DNA of 64,000 nucleotides. Origin: Candidatus Marinacidobacterales bacterium (GTDB taxonomy: Bacteria > Acidobacteriota > Vicinamibacteria > Marinacidobacterales > DATDRI01). The notes beneath the pieces were generated by a model, which was not told the origin of the DNA, ran no database searches, and was given only the letters and a program-made list of their open reading frames with translations. Shown in pieces: positions 8,359-18,649 of the stretch. The first letter of the stretch is position 1, and every line of letters starts with the position of its first letter. A program made the position numbers and the translations under genes. Location of the stretch: assembly GCA_965226495.1 (NCBI GenBank), contig OZ245365.1:1792001-1856000 (forward strand), read 5' to 3'.

Positions 8359-11300
8359 TTAGACTTTTTCCATATTGACCAGGAACCCCTTGTACTCCGG
8401 AGTCCCCGAATTGGGATCGAAAACCGAGGGCGTGAGATTGTTCACCAGGGGCCCTTTGACCCTGCCGACGAAACCCCAATGAATGGGTAGCCCGATCTGA
8501 TAGATCGCTCGTCCGTTGACCCGCAGTGTGCGTATACGTTTAGTCACCATGGCCGGGCCTTCAACCGATCCGCGTGCAGAGCTGACACGTACGAGGTCGC
8601 CGTTCTCGATTCCCTTATCGCGTGCCAGATCGGCCGGCACCTCGACGAAAAAAGTCGGTTGAAGCTGCGAGCTCGAGCTCACGTGCTTCGTCCAATAATG
8701 AAAGTGCTCAGTCAAGCGGTAGGTGATTGCGACGTAAGGGAACTCGTCCGCAGAGCCCATCGAATCGAGGTCCCCACTCATTACGGTAGCCATGGGGTTC
8801 GAGCTCACCCCGGGATGCATCGGGTTCTCGACGGGCGACTCCGCCGGCTCATAGTGCTCGGGAAAAGGACCCTCAACAAAATCGGATGCGAACAATTTAG
8901 CAACACCTTCAGGGAGCATGATGAAGGAGCCTAAGCTCTCGGGTGCGCCGTCGGCCTTGTAGTCCGGCACGTCACCCACCCAACGACCATCGGCCCAGCG
9001 AATCGGAGCTCGCAGTGGATCCCAAGGCTTGCCTTTTTCATCGGCGGAGGCGCGGTTATAAAGGATGCGCCGGTTAGCGGGCCAGCTCCAACTCCAGTTC
9101 GCATAGAGTCCGAGCCCGGTGGGATCTTCTTGGCCGCGGCGAGCCATCTGGTTTCCAGCTTCGGGAAACGAGCCCGAATAGAGCCAGTTGCCGCAAAGCG
9201 TCGAACCGTCATCCTTCAGCGCGCCGAAACCCGACACCTGACGACCGCTTGCGACCTCACTCCCGTTGATCTCTTTCGCCACTTCCGTGAGATCGGGGGA
9301 CGTCGGGTTCGCGTAGTCCCAGGCGACGGAGAGGACGGGCTCGGGTGCTGTGCCTCCCTCGGTCTCATAGAGCTTTCGGATGGCGAGGAAGAGCCGAGCG
9401 ATGATTTCTTGATCGTCCCGCGCTTCTCCCGGTGGGGGAAGAGCGGCGTTTTTCCACTGGAGCCAGCGAGACGAGTTCACGAACGTGCCGTCTTTTTCTG
9501 CGAAGCAGGAAGCGGGGAGCAAGAACACTTCCGTCTCGATCGCATCGGGGTTCTTCGCGGACGGATAGTCCTTTTCCGCCAGCTTTCGGACGTTCCAGAA
9601 AGACGACGTCTCGGTGTCGAAGTTCTCGACGACGAGGAGCCATTTGAGCTTTCCGAGAGCATCGATCATCTTCGGCGTGTTGGGACCATTCGCCACCGGG
9701 TTCATCCCGAACGAGATCATGCCCTCGATCTTGCCAACCGCCATCTGATCGAAGAAGTGGCCCCAGCTATAGTTCGCCCCTTCGCCAATTTTGGGCAGGT
9801 AGTGGTAGCCGAACTCGTTTCGGGATGTCGCCGCTTTCCCGTAGTAGGCCTTGAGCAGGCTTACGAGGAACTTGGGCGTGTTGGCCCAATAGTTGAGAGA
9901 CTTCGGACGCTTCGCTCGCGGGGAGTTCGCTTGGTTGTAGGCCTCGAGCGAAGTCCACTCCGAGCGAGGAACTTTGAGATAGCCCGGCAGCATGTTCCAT
10001 GCGCCCATGTCGGTGGCACCCTGGATGTTGGAATGCCCCCGTTGGGCGTTCACGCCACCGCCCGGCATCCCGATATTCCCCAGCAGGAGCTGAAGCATGG
10101 CCGCGCCGTGGATGAGTTGCACAGAGTGGCTGTGCTGTGTCCATCCGAGAGCGTACAGAATCGTTCCCGTGCGTCCGGCACGACCCGTGGAGCAGATGAT
10201 CTCCGCCGCTCCTTTGAATTCCTCTGCCGAACAGCCACAGACCGAGGCGACCGTTTCTGGGGTATAGCGGGAGTAGTGTTTCTTCAGAAGCTGAAACACG
10301 GAGCGAGGGTGCTCGAGACTCGGGTCGACTTTCGCATGGCCCTGAGCGTCATTCTCGTACTCCCAAGTAGATTTGTCATAGGACCGTTTGTCCGCGTCCC
10401 ACCCCGAGAAGTACCCGTTCTCGAACGAGAAGCCGTCTTCCACGATGAAGGGGGCGTTGGTGTGAAGCTTGACGTAGTCCTCGTGGTAGAGCCCATTCTC
10501 GAGCGCGTGGTTGATGAGTCCACCGAGAAACGCGATATCGGTTCCCGAGCGAATCGGCACGTAGGAGTCGGACACAGCGGCGGTCCGGTTGAAGCGGGGA
10601 TCGATACAGACCAGCTTCGCTTTTCTATTCCGCTTGGCTTCCATGACGAAACGAAAGCCCACGGGATGGTTCTCGGCCGGGTTGCCGCCCATGACCAGAA
10701 CGACGTCCGCATTGGCGACATCCGTCCAGCCGTTGGTCATCGCCCCCCGGCCGAACGTGGCGGCCAGACTGGCCACCGTGGGGCCGTGTCAGAGACGGGC
10801 CTGATTTTCGTAGGTGACGATGCCTAAACCGAAGCGGAACTTCCCGAGGAGATAGTTGATCTCGTTGGTATCGGTGCAGCCGCCGATGAGCGCGATGTTC
10901 TCCAGCCGATTCACGGTGCGGCCGACAGCGTCCTTTTCTTCGAAGCCCGCGTCCCGAGTGTCCTTGATCCGCCGAGCCAGGCGCTCGATGGCGTCTTCCC
11001 ACGGGATGGGCTGCTACTCCGACGAGCCCGGGGCTCGATAGAGCGGCCGCGTGAGGCGCCTATCGTTGACGACGAATTCCTTGAGAGAGATTCCCTTGGA
11101 GCAAAGGGTTCCACGATTGATGGGACTCGCGGTATCGCCCTCGATGTGAACGACCGTCGGCTTGACGTTTTTCGCTCGGTCTCCGAGCGTATGGATCACG
11201 ACGCTGCAGCCGACCGCGCAATAAGGACAAACACTGGTAGTCTGGGTGGTGCGGGCGATCTTCAGCTCACGTGCTGCCGCGGCGGCCGGGCGAAGATCGA

Positions 11301-11373
11301 AGCCAAAGGTAGTAGTGAGAAGGGTGGCGGTACTGGTCTGAAGGAAAGTTCGACGGGATAGGTTGTTGGCCAT
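8359..11373 (-). CDS. fdnG: Formate dehydrogenase-N/O alpha subunit, selenocysteine-containing, Tat-exported; also interrupted by an in-frame TAG
   Basis: Tat motif SRRTFL; CPYCAVGC..LCSKG; NQARL-UGA(10789-10791)-HGPTVASLAATFGRGAMTN; one continuous frame of 1005 codons apart from the TGA and a TAG at 11014-11016. Confidence 0.93.
10748..10788 (-). promoter_or_regulatory. Bacterial SECIS element
   Basis: Immediately 3' of the UGA: CACGGCCCCACGGUGGCCAGUCUGGCCGCCACGUUCGGCCG, with upper stem GGUGGCC/GGCCGCC and lower stem CGGCC/GGCCG. Same position and layout as the fdnG-type SECIS. Confidence 0.85.
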
Positions 11374-11546
11374 GGCCCTCGATCGCGCTTGCACCACGCC
11401 GCTGATGGCGTGTCAACGCTTAGCGCGAAGCTCACCGGAGATCGGTCTTCGAAAAACAGCCACGATCTCCGACCCATGTCCCAATCTCTCTACTACCGGC
11501 CTCAGGGGCTCTGTCAACATGACGATCCACTTCCTATCGGCGATTC

Positions 11547-12179
11547 GTGGAACTTGCCTCTCCGGACCTACAGTCTCACATGCAACACGCGAGCCTGCGA
11601 ATCGCGGCTCTCGGGGCGAAGGTCGATGCTGCGGCTACTCCGTTACCGGCGGCGCCCTGGACTCCTCCGTCAGGGGGAGGAGGCGAGGCGTCGGTTCTCG
11701 TGGCGGGTCCAGGTACCGGGGAAGGCGAGCAGGAACTCTTCGCAAGGGCTCGCTCATTCGAGCAGGCCGGTCATTACGAAGAGGCGATCGATTGTTTGGA
11801 CCAGGCGCTGGCAATGGGTTGTCGTCCCAGCCCCTCACCCCAGCCCTCTCCCCAGAGGGGAGAGGGAGAAACGGAAGGAAGCCAGCATCGTCACGAGGCG
11901 GATGCTTGGTACATCCGCGGCTGTTGTCTCCAGCAGCTCGGAGAGCTCGAAGAAGCGATCGCTTCTCTCGATCGCTCCCTGGAGCTAGGCCCGAATCAAC
12001 CAGAAGCCTGGTACCACAAAGGTGTTTCGGAGCAACTCTCTAACTCCGATACCGAAGCCGCGAGATCTTTTGAAAAATTCCTGTCATTGGCGTCGCCCGA
12101 GGACCACGGAGCGTTGATCGAGGATGCCCGGCACCGCCAAAAGAAGCTATCGGCCGGTGCCGCCGCGCGGCCAAGCTAG
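11547..12179 (+). CDS. Tetratricopeptide repeat protein (possibly a 5'-truncated fragment)
   Basis: TPR motifs YEEAIDCLDQAL, AWYIRGCCLQQLG.LEEAIASLDRSLELGP and EAWYHKG; start uncertain. Confidence 0.7.
   Translation: MELASPDLQSHMQHASLRIAALGAKVDAAATPLPAAPWTPPSGGGGEASVLVAGPGTGEGEQELFARARSFEQAGHYEEAIDCLDQALAMGCRPSPSPQPSPQRGEGETEGSQHRHEADAWYIRGCCLQQLGELEEAIASLDRSLELGPNQPEAWYHKGVSEQLSNSDTEAARSFEKFLSLASPEDHGALIEDARHRQKKLSAGAAARPS
11831..11866 (+). repeat. REP-like palindromic element inside the TPR coding sequence
   Basis: cccctcaccccagccctctccccagaggggagaggg; read in frame as PSPQPSPQRGEG. Confidence 0.8.
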
Positions 12180-12571
12180 AGGCTATTGGCCACGTAGCTC
12201 GTGAGCTCGCCCAGTCGGAAAGTGTAGCTCCCCAATGAATCCGGTGCGGGTATGTGTCTCCGACTAGCCGTTCCATGGACTCCTCCTCGAGATAGAAATG
12301 CCTATCTGCTGATAAAGGAAACGACGCGCATTTTTCCGCCGCTTGTCACGGAACTTGTACGCGGATCGGTAACCGTGCTAAGTGCTAGATAGTGATCGGC
12401 GGTGACCTTTCGTGACACTTAGTTCCCCCTCGGTCGCAGAACTCAAAATCCTTAGGTCGACGGTTAGAGGGCGGCCGACATACAAGGTCAGGCGGTGGGC
12501 TGGCCGTCAAATGGCACAATGGCAAACCAGGTACCGATCCTCTCAGTTCCTCGCGGACTTCAACCTGACAT

Positions 12572-14629
12572 ATGATGCGCCGAAACTTGATTGCCTTTAA
12601 GCGACTATCCCCGGTACTTGTCGCCGGAGTTGCGGTTTTCCTCGGCGTCCTCACGATCGGATCCTTTCCCCTCCATCTCGAGCGGGGCTCCGCGGCTTGG
12701 TCTCGTCTGGTCTACGGTGCTGGCCCCAAGGGGACGATCACGAACCGCGCTCAGCTTCGGCTGCCGGGTATCGACCGCGGGACAAGTGCGGAGATTCTCT
12801 TTCGACTCGGGGACGGCGAAGCACGACCCACGCTCGGCGTGTCGGTCGACGATAGCTCGGTGAGCTGGCTTCCCGCGAGTCGAGAGGGGGTGGTGTTGTT
12901 GACGCTGCCGAAAGCGTCGGTGCCTGGTGCGCGCGTTACCGTAACGCGCTTTGCCGGCGAGCCCCCACTGAGGATCCAAACGGTGGAGCTGACCCGAGTT
13001 GTCGAGCCGAGAATCACGACCGCCGTGCTCGCGTTCTTGCTGACCAGCGCCCTGACTTACTGCGTTCTCGCTTGGAAAGGCTCGTTGTTCGCCTTGGCGT
13101 TTGGACTTCTGACTGCCGCCGTGCTCACGTTCCTCAGTTCACCGGCGCTGTTGTGGCTGACGCTTCCGTCCATCCCCTCTGTTTGTCGTGTCGCCTTGAT
13201 GCTCGCCCTCTTCGCGACCAGCTTGAGAGTGGCCCAGCGACTCAAAAAGACCGAACGCGCGATCTTCTGGCAAAGCGGGGCTCTCCTCACGGCCGTCATC
13301 TTGGGGATTTGGGTGCGGCTCTTCTTTCTACCGTCTGCGGGATCTTGGGACGTTGAGTATTGGAAAGCCTGGACCGAGCGAGCGACGAACCATGGTGTGA
13401 CGCGAGTATACGGTGACCCGGATGCCGTTCCGCCGGGTCACTTCTTGCCGCAGCTCAGAGGAGAGGAGCCGCTGTGGCAAATGGAAAGCGCCGGACGTCG
13501 TTATCTGATCGACTACCCTCCCCTCAGCATGGTTTTCTGGAGAGTCGGCTGGGGCATCATGGAACCGCTCGCCGAGCTGGGTGCCTTCGATCGAACGGAA
13601 GCGCGGAACATCGCCGCGAAACTCCCCGCTGTCGCCGGGGACATCGGTGTCGTTTTGATCTTGTTCTGGCTTTTCAGGAAACATCTCCGGCGAGCCTTCA
13701 CGCTTGCGGCACTGTACTGGGTGCTACCCATCTCCTGGCTCAGTAGCGCCGTCCTGGGATTCCAGGATGAAACCTACGCACCCTTCGGCATGCTGGCGAT
13801 CGTGGCTGCCGGAATGGCCCGCCCGGTTCGCGCCGCCGCGTTGCTCGTCGGTGCCACGATGCTAAAGCTTCTCGGACTGATCGCAGCCCCTACGGTAGCG
13901 ATGGGCCTTTGGGCGAGCCGCGCTCGGTTGTGGCACGGGTTGGCGGCAGTAGCCGGTGTCGGTATTATCATATTGATACCGTTCGCCTGGGAAGGGACGC
14001 TTCCGGCGATGTCGGTCCAGCTGCTTCGTCAGCTGCGGCCCGGGAACCTATCGAGCGGCTTCCCCAACCCCTGGTGGATCGGCGGGCACGTGTTGGGAGT
14101 CTTATCGGGAACGACGGCGTCGGGGAGCGCGCTCGTTGCCTATTTCCCGTTGAGTCAGATCCCGTTTCCCATCGGGCGCATGGCCACATTTCTAGTGCTC
14201 GCGGCAGTCGCCTGGGTATGCTGGCAGCAACGACGCTACACGGGTTTTCAGACGGCGGCATGGTGTGGCGCCACGATCTTCTACTCCTACGCCATCCTAT
14301 CGGTCGGCGTTTTCGAGAATCACCCGCACCTGGCGTTTCCTTTGTTGTTCGCAAGCGGTCTGTGGTCTCGAAGAGCGCAAATCCTGTGCGCCGTTGGCAT
14401 GGTGAGCTTCCTCGTTAACTTGCTGATCGGATCCGGGCTCGGCCGGTTTTACGGCAATCGCTACCTGGTCCTAGAGCCTCTGGCCGACTGGCTCGCCGGC
14501 CTTCGCACCGCACCGGGCTTCGATTTCACTCTGGTTCTGGCGCTGGTCAACACCGCGATCCTCGTCGCGCTCTTCGTGTCCTTGAAGGGGGAGCTCGAAG
14601 CGCTATCGACAATCGAAGCGGTCCAATAG
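12572..14629 (+). CDS. GT-C fold multi-pass membrane glycosyltransferase-like protein
   Basis: Many TM helices; DVEYWKAW, DYPPLS, KLPAVAGD and FENH motifs typical of Alg6/GT87-like enzymes. Confidence 0.65.
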   Translation: MMRRNLIAFKRLSPVLVAGVAVFLGVLTIGSFPLHLERGSAAWSRLVYGAGPKGTITNRAQLRLPGIDRGTSAEILFRLGDGEARPTLGVSVDDSSVSWLPASREGVVLLTLPKASVPGARVTVTRFAGEPPLRIQTVELTRVVEPRITTAVLAFLLTSALTYCVLAWKGSLFALAFGLLTAAVLTFLSSPALLWLTLPSIPSVCRVALMLALFATSLRVAQRLKKTERAIFWQSGALLTAVILGIWVRLFFLPSAGSWDVEYWKAWTERATNHGVTRVYGDPDAVPPGHFLPQLRGEEPLWQMESAGRRYLIDYPPLSMVFWRVGWGIMEPLAELGAFDRTEARNIAAKLPAVAGDIGVVLILFWLFRKHLRRAFTLAALYWVLPISWLSSAVLGFQDETYAPFGMLAIVAAGMARPVRAAALLVGATMLKLLGLIAAPTVAMGLWASRARLWHGLAAVAGVGIIILIPFAWEGTLPAMSVQLLRQLRPGNLSSGFPNPWWIGGHVLGVLSGTTASGSALVAYFPLSQIPFPIGRMATFLVLAAVAWVCWQQRRYTGFQTAAWCGATIFYSYAILSVGVFENHPHLAFPLLFASGLWSRRAQILCAVGMVSFLVNLLIGSGLGRFYGNRYLVLEPLADWLAGLRTAPGFDFTLVLALVNTAILVALFVSLKGELEALSTIEAVQ

Positions 14630-14633
14630 AACC

Positions 14634-16757
14634 TTGAAAGACAGATCCTTCCCTGTTGCCGTCACCGCCCTGGTGGGTGTCATCTCGCTCTACCTTTTGC
14701 GCCTCGACTTCCTGAGAATTCACGCTTTCGATCCCGACGAGTTTTATCACCTCCATAGCGCGTTCAATCTCTCGAAAGGACTCCTTCCGTATCGGGACTA
14801 CTTTGAGCAGCACACCCCGTGGTTCTATTTCCTGATGGCTCCACTGATCGATTTTGCCGCCGTCGACCTGAGTTTCGAACGTGCCAAGAGCTTCATCTTC
14901 CTCACCCGGATTTTGATGTGGCTCTCCACCGGCGCGATTTTCGTGATGACGTTCTGGCTGGCACGCCTATGGCGGGGAACGCGCGTTGCCTGGATCGCAG
15001 CACTTTGCCTGAGCCTCTTTCTGACCTTCCTCGACAAATCGATCGAGATTCGCCCCGACGTTCCCTCGGTCGCCTTGCTGCTGGCGGCGATCGCCTTCTT
15101 GCTGATGGGTATCCGTTCGAGGGATGCGGTGTCATCGCGCACGTCGTGGCTTTTCACCGGCAGCGGTCTGTTCCTCGGGATCGCATTGATGTTTCAGCAG
15201 AAGATCCTCTTCGTCATGCCGGGGTGGTCGGCGGCCATGCTCTGGTACCTCTTCGATCCCCGCGCCCACGATGGAGAAGGAGCTCCGGGGCTCAGGCTGA
15301 AGCATGCGCTCTGGCAGTTTTTGGCCTTCTGCACCCCAGTGCTGCTCACCCTGGGGTACTTCGCGCTTCATAACGCGACCGCCGAGTTCGTGGAGTACAA
15401 CCTACTGTTGAACCTGCGCTACCCCCACAAGGTGGGTTTCTCAGCGATGCCGTCTGTGAAACTGCTCTTGCGACAGAACCCGATTGTGGTCGCGTTGGGC
15501 CTCGCCGGCCTTCTGCGCGCCCTCATCTTTATGTTCCGTGGAGACCGCTTCCGAGAGGGCGACTTCGCTCCGGTCCTCATCGCCTCGGCGCTCGTCGTGG
15601 GGCTCTTCATCTTTCCGACCCCGAATCGGCAGTACTACCTGATGTTACTCCCGCTGCTGGCGATCTTCGCGGCGACCGCTATCGTCCACTCGCTCGACTT
15701 CGCGGCGAACCAGCTCGAGCGTGGCGAGAAACCTGACGGGGCGTCGTATCCTGTGGAGGACCTTTTCGGACTTCTCGTGCTCGTCGTCTTCGGCCTTACG
15801 TTATTGGTAGCAAGGCCGTTCACCCCAAACGGGGCCCTGTATCTCGTGATGTGGATCACGGTGCTCGCCGGAGTCATCTGGTTGCTGCGATCTCGCGCCC
15901 GCGAATGGGCATTCGCGCTCTTCTTGGCGGCTCTTTGTGTCTATCCCGTTCAGCAGATGTTTCAGATTTGGTCTCCGCTCGACACGAAATACCAAGAGAC
16001 GCTCGACCAGATCCGGTGGGTCATGGAGAACACGGAGCCGACCGATCGGTTGATGGACGGCTTCACCGGACTCGGTGTTTTTCGACCCGACGCCGCTTAC
16101 CAATGGCTTCTCTTTCGGGACGCCCGCATGTGGATGAGTCGACGGCAATACGACACGTTCGTGGCCGGTCTCGAATCCGGAACGATCGCGCCAAAGCTGG
16201 TCTTCTTCGACGGCAACTTGCGACGCTTCTCCGATCGCGTCGCCTCGTTCGTTCGACAGAACTTCGAGCCAACGGGCCGTGGCGTTATCTGGAAACGAAA
16301 CGACATCTGGCTCGACCATGGACCCTATCAATTGAACGGACGGCTCGAGCTCGCCAAGCCGCCCACCGCGATCCTGGCGGGGCCCGGATGGTACGAGCCG
16401 GAAGAAGAAGATGGCATTAGCTTCCGTCGCTCACGGGGTCGCCGGTCTTGGCTCCGGGTCCCGCTGCGCACGCCGCGTCCCCTAAGAGTAACGATTCACG
16501 CCCGCCCGGAGTTCGCGGAAAGGCCGGTCCGGTTGAAGTTGGCGGTCAATGGAAAGCAGGTGCGAGGCACACGGGTTCTGTCGAGCGAGCTCGAGTGGCA
16601 AGACTTCGTCTTCACGGTACCCGCCTCGATCCTGAGATCGGGTGTCAACAGCTTTTTGCTCACCTACTCCCGCGTCCCCCGGCAAGCGGACCCAAGCTAC
16701 CGGGGTCGCAACACCGTCATCGCCGTCGACTACCTTCTCATCGTCCCGGCGGATTAG
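14634..16757 (+). CDS. GT-C fold glycosyltransferase (ArnT/PMT-like) with a C-terminal beta-sandwich domain
   Basis: DPDEFYHLH, LPYRDYFEQHTP, EIRPD, FQQK and QYYL; soluble C-terminus GWYEPE..FRRS. Confidence 0.72.
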   Translation: MKDRSFPVAVTALVGVISLYLLRLDFLRIHAFDPDEFYHLHSAFNLSKGLLPYRDYFEQHTPWFYFLMAPLIDFAAVDLSFERAKSFIFLTRILMWLSTGAIFVMTFWLARLWRGTRVAWIAALCLSLFLTFLDKSIEIRPDVPSVALLLAAIAFLLMGIRSRDAVSSRTSWLFTGSGLFLGIALMFQQKILFVMPGWSAAMLWYLFDPRAHDGEGAPGLRLKHALWQFLAFCTPVLLTLGYFALHNATAEFVEYNLLLNLRYPHKVGFSAMPSVKLLLRQNPIVVALGLAGLLRALIFMFRGDRFREGDFAPVLIASALVVGLFIFPTPNRQYYLMLLPLLAIFAATAIVHSLDFAANQLERGEKPDGASYPVEDLFGLLVLVVFGLTLLVARPFTPNGALYLVMWITVLAGVIWLLRSRAREWAFALFLAALCVYPVQQMFQIWSPLDTKYQETLDQIRWVMENTEPTDRLMDGFTGLGVFRPDAAYQWLLFRDARMWMSRRQYDTFVAGLESGTIAPKLVFFDGNLRRFSDRVASFVRQNFEPTGRGVIWKRNDIWLDHGPYQLNGRLELAKPPTAILAGPGWYEPEEEDGISFRRSRGRRSWLRVPLRTPRPLRVTIHARPEFAERPVRLKLAVNGKQVRGTRVLSSELEWQDFVFTVPASILRSGVNSFLLTYSRVPRQADPSYRGRNTVIAVDYLLIVPAD

Positions 16758-16851
16758 CCGACCCTGCGTGTCGACAGGCTCGCTGTCGAGGAAGCGTTCC
16801 CTCGTCAACCTTTCCGCGAACTCTTCGAAGCTAAACTGGACATACTGGCTT

Positions 16852-17076
16852 ATGTGGAAGACAGACCGCGGTTCCCTGCTCTTTGGGACTGCTCTTGTCG
16901 TTACGCCCTTGGCCGGCGCGAAGCCGAATACTTTTACTAGTGATGATTGGAATCAGTGGAGGGGGCCCCATCGCGTCGGGGTAGTCGACAACTTGCCGTC
17001 GCAGGATTGGCCGAAGCGGGTCGAGCAGCTCCTCGTTCAAACTGCCATGTCCGGCCTTGGGCTCATAAAACAATGA
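16852..17076 (+). pseudogene. N-terminal stub of a PQQ-like/BamB beta-propeller protein
   Basis: Signal-like segment followed by DDWNQWRGPHRVG..DWP, then a stop. Confidence 0.55.
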
Positions 17077-17472
17077 GATTGGACTCTGGATGAAATCGAA
17101 TTCGGGACAGGTTGATTGCCGCGCGGTGCAAGTAGCAGGCAAAGGCGATAGAGCGCTTCGGTGGCGCTGGGAGTGTGCCTGGACTTGGTCATGGTCGCTG
17201 GTGTATCGTCGTGACCGATCTCCGTTAGCCACGTATCTCATTCCATTGCCAACCAGGGACATGCCGGTACATTGGAGGTGGGTTTCACGACTGCTTGCCG
17301 TGTTCGACGGTGACATCAACGAGGCTCGCGGGCCGGCGAGACGTCGCCGACAGTTACCATGACCGTCAGACGATCCAGCGCTCTCGCGAGCGCACTAAGT
17401 CGATCAGGGAAGCGCTGCGGGCCCTCCGCTATCTGCGCTAGTTGATCTCGGTAGAGTAGGTCTTCGACGCAG

Positions 17473-18648
17473 ATGCGGCCACGGGAAGGAGAAGAAACGG
17501 GCGGGTCGACGTTAGACCTGCGTTGGCCCTTCGGCCGAGTTCTCCTCGGTTCCGTCGCCCTCTTGACACTGACGGTGGGCCTGGCCGAGATGACGGTCCG
17601 GCTGAACTGGGTCCGCTCTCGTCTGCCCGCGCCGACCCTGGTGGGCCACCAGTTCGTGGACGTGAAACTGGCCCGATTGTATTCGGTAAACGAGGAACAT
17701 GGTCCCTTGGACTGCATCGTCCTGGGAAACTCGAGCGTCATGGCCGCGATCGACCCGGAGACCCTTGCGAACGAGTATCGCCAACGAACCGGGCGCTCCC
17801 TGGAGTGCTTCAACCTGGGGATACCTGGACTCAACCTGCGCAGTGCCCGCTTGATCGGCGGATTGGTTTCGAAGCTCTACCGGCCGTCCCTTTTGATCGT
17901 CGGCCTGCCGGTCGGCCGGGGCCTAAGCCTCCAGACGGTGTTGCAGTCCAATCCGTGGCTTCGCTACCACTTTGGGAACCGAAATCTCAAGGGATGGTTG
18001 ATCGAGCACTCGCAAGCGTACCGTCACTACCTGCGCTTTCGCATCTGGCTCGAGCACCCCGCGCACTCGCGCCGCATCCAAGCACTGGAGGGGCGGATGT
18101 CACCTCTGGGCTACACCAATACCGGAATCAACGCGGTAATGCAGAACATCGACATTCCGCCCGATCCGCGCTTCCGGACTCCGATGGCGTTCCTTACCGA
18201 CTTCGAGAGGCTCCTTCACCTAACTCAACCGGGCCTGAATCTCGTCGGCTTTGATGAGACAATCGATCTGAGCCATCTGAACAACCCGCACCAGGACCCA
18301 GATGACTCTCTGGAGACCACCCTCCAGTTGCATCAGCCGGCGGTGGAGATGATCGTCATCGACATGCCTTTTCATCCCACCCGGTTGGCGTACCTCGGGC
18401 AACGCGTGGAGTACTACCGCACCTTCGTGGAGGAGGCTCGGCGGCGCGCGGCGTTTTGGGACGTTCCCTTCTGGGCGGGGGAAGAGGTTCTTCCGTTGGT
18501 TTCCGACGACAGCTGGAAGGACCGTGGCCATCTGAACTCCAAAGGTGCGGCGATCTTCAGTGGATGGCTGGGCGAGAGACTGGCACAGGCGGTCGAGCGA
18601 GGTGAGTTGCCGGCAGACCTTGGCGGTGGAACCACGAGGGGCAAGTAG
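17473..18648 (+). CDS. SGNH-like (DUF1574/AlgJ/DltD-type) periplasmic acyltransferase partner
   Basis: N-terminal TM; VLGNSS, FNLGIPG and WKDRGHLN (DxxH) motifs; adjacent to an MBOAT gene. Confidence 0.65.
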   Translation: MRPREGEETGGSTLDLRWPFGRVLLGSVALLTLTVGLAEMTVRLNWVRSRLPAPTLVGHQFVDVKLARLYSVNEEHGPLDCIVLGNSSVMAAIDPETLANEYRQRTGRSLECFNLGIPGLNLRSARLIGGLVSKLYRPSLLIVGLPVGRGLSLQTVLQSNPWLRYHFGNRNLKGWLIEHSQAYRHYLRFRIWLEHPAHSRRIQALEGRMSPLGYTNTGINAVMQNIDIPPDPRFRTPMAFLTDFERLLHLTQPGLNLVGFDETIDLSHLNNPHQDPDDSLETTLQLHQPAVEMIVIDMPFHPTRLAYLGQRVEYYRTFVEEARRRAAFWDVPFWAGEEVLPLVSDDSWKDRGHLNSKGAAIFSGWLGERLAQAVERGELPADLGGGTTRGK

Positions 18649-18649
18649 G

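Noticed and set aside
9130-10827. 565-aa plus-strand ORF
   Set aside because: It is an antisense shadow of fdnG with no recognisable motifs, as expected in GC-rich DNA.
8359-11373. Genome-wide amber (UAG) reassignment or pyrrolysine use
   Set aside because: TAG is the normal stop of many genes here (mscS, cah, fdhE, coxL, coxM, mtnP), and no pyl genes are in the window.
11400-11475. Moco/tungsten riboswitch upstream of fdnG
   Set aside because: Only a single ggagatcg/cgatctcc hairpin is present, and it lies upstream of the likely -35 (ttgaca). The multi-stem Moco pattern is not recognisable.
12040-12290. Minus-strand 78-aa ORF with a strong RBS (gaggagg)
   Set aside because: It overlaps the TPR gene end in antisense and has no recognisable domain. 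At most it is a gene-start remnant.
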